From positions 1-17,581 of the forward strand of contig JBIOTN010000171.1 in the NCBI GenBank assembly GCA_044866005.1: a stretch of DNA of 17,581 nt, in the 5' to 3' direction. Origin of the DNA: Candidatus Rokuibacteriota bacterium. Lineage in GTDB: Bacteria > Methylomirabilota > Methylomirabilia > Rokubacteriales > DASRDR01. This document shows positions 16,697-17,581 of this stretch, piece after piece. Below the pieces are notes generated by a model that did no database searches, was not told the DNA's origin, and saw nothing but the letters and a program-made list of their open reading frames with translations. Every line of letters begins with the position of its first letter. Within the stretch, counting starts at the first letter, position 1. Both the position numbers and the translations under genes were made by a program.

Positions 16697-16718
16697 GCGT
16701 ACCGCCAAGGAGGGGATC

Positions 16719-16949
16719 ATGCCCGATCGTGAGGTCCTCATCCAGCGACTGACGGAGGCCAGCGACGAGTTTCGGCGGCTCCGGACGGAGCACCAGGCAT
16801 ACGAGCGCGAAATCGCGGACCTCCGGGCCCGGCCGTTCCTGACGACCGAGCAACAGTGGCGGGTGAGCGAGCTGAAGAAGCTCAAGTTGATGGCGAAGGA
16901 CCGGATGGAGACCCTGATCCGAGAGAGCTCCGCCCAGACGCCCGCGTAG
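16719..16949 (+). CDS. DUF465/YdcH-family small coiled-coil protein, 76 aa
   Basis: Strong SD AAGGAGG before ATG 16719. The sequence EFRRLRTEHQAYEREI...LTTEQQWRVSELKKLKLMAKDRM matches the recalled family pattern F..L..EH..L...I ... LKK.KL..KD. Confidence 0.8.
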   Translation: MPDREVLIQRLTEASDEFRRLRTEHQAYEREIADLRARPFLTTEQQWRVSELKKLKLMAKDRMETLIRESSAQTPA

Positions 16950-16968
16950 CGGTCGGGCGCCCCGTCCC

Positions 16969-17581
16969 ATGTCTCGCCCCGCCAAGGGGGGCGGCGGCTC
17001 CTCCTCCCTTGGGTCACGCACGCGCCGGCGCCCGCAGGCGGCCCGCCGGCGCTCCTCCGCCGCGGCCCGCCTCGCCGGGCTGACCCACGTCGCGCGCGAC
17101 GGCCGAGCGGGGTCCGCGACGGCCCTCGCGCCCGCCGGGCTCACCCACGTCGACCGCGCGGGACGGGCCCGCATGGTCGACGTGACGGACAAGGCCGAGA
17201 CGGCCCGGGAGGCGCGGGCGCGGCTGACCCTCCGCGTACGCCCCGCGACGCTCGCCGCGATCCGCGCCGGCGCGATCGCCAAGGGCGACGTGCTGGCCGT
17301 CGCGCGCCTCGCGGGGATCATGGCCGCGAAGCGGACGTCGGACCTCATCCCGCTCTGCCATCCGCTGCGGCTGACGGGGGTCGACGTCCGGTTCGTCCTC
17401 GACCGCCGCGCTGCCGCGGTGCACGTGGAGACGGCCGTCCGCACCGTGGACAGGACCGGCGTCGAGATGGAGGCGCTCACCGCGGCGGCGGGCGCCGGGC
17501 TGACGATCTACGACATGGTGAAGGCGATCGACCGCGGGGTCGTCCTCACCGACCTCTGCCTCGTGGAGAAGTCCGGCGGTC
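16969..17581 (+). CDS. moaC: Cyclic pyranopterin monophosphate synthase MoaC (3'-truncated by window edge; not in the ORF track)
   Basis: Manual translation from ATG 16969 gives LTHVDRAGRARMVDVTDK, KGDVLAVARLAGIMAAKRTSDLIPLCHPL, TGVEMEALT, LTIYDMVKAID and EKSGG, which are the canonical MoaC motifs. Confidence 0.96.
   Translation, partial: MSRPAKGGGGSSSLGSRTRRRPQAARRRSSAAARLAGLTHVARDGRAGSATALAPAGLTHVDRAGRARMVDVTDKAETAREARARLTLRVRPATLAAIRAGAIAKGDVLAVARLAGIMAAKRTSDLIPLCHPLRLTGVDVRFVLDRRAAAVHVETAVRTVDRTGVEMEALTAAAGAGLTIYDMVKAIDRGVVLTDLCLVEKSGG
17073..17168 (+). repeat. Imperfect direct repeat with a 60-nt period in the moaC 5' region
   Basis: CGCCGGGCTGACCCACGTCG (17073-17092) and CGCCGGGCTCACCCACGTCG (17133-17152) are 19/20 identical. 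They encode AGLTHVARDGRA and AGLTHVDRAGRA. Confidence 0.8.

Noticed and set aside
720..17480. Many long minus-strand ORFs (e.g. 2085..4214, 3959..6031, 8670..10640, 11643..13577, 14971..16368, 16497..17480)
   Set aside because: They are antisense shadows of well-supported + strand genes, expected when stop codons are scarce at high GC, and carry no recognisable motifs.
1..17581. CRISPR array, tRNA/rRNA, IS element, prophage or defence genes
   Set aside because: No regularly spaced repeats, cloverleafs, transposase/integrase motifs or nuclease motifs were seen by manual reading.

Overview
Very GC-rich bacterial window, with all credible genes on the + strand. (1) 1-1934: two translationally coupled ABC ATPases of the molybdate/tungstate (ModC/TupC-like) importer type. 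(2) ~2136-14823: a tightly packed 8-gene glycan biosynthesis/export cluster. It encodes a clan GH-A hydrolase + GT2 + membrane-domain fusion, an MsbA-type ABC exporter, two paralogous uncharacterised GT-B-like proteins, a GT4, a GT2-GT4 fusion, a GT2 and a double SAM-methyltransferase. An ~110-aa 'WW-x-x-x-Y' domain that I cannot name is appended three times to the GT2 and methyltransferase modules. (3) 15181-16500: a probable outer-membrane beta-barrel behind a structured leader that can sequester its Shine-Dalgarno. (4) 16555-17581: a sigma70-type promoter, an ~100-nt leader ending in an intrinsic terminator, a DUF465/YdcH-like small protein, and moaC (3'-truncated) with a duplicated N-terminal LTHV motif. 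No rRNA, tRNA, CRISPR array or mobile element was seen. The GC content, the probable beta-barrel and the gene style would fit a diderm such as Rokubacteria/Methylomirabilota, but that is only an impression.
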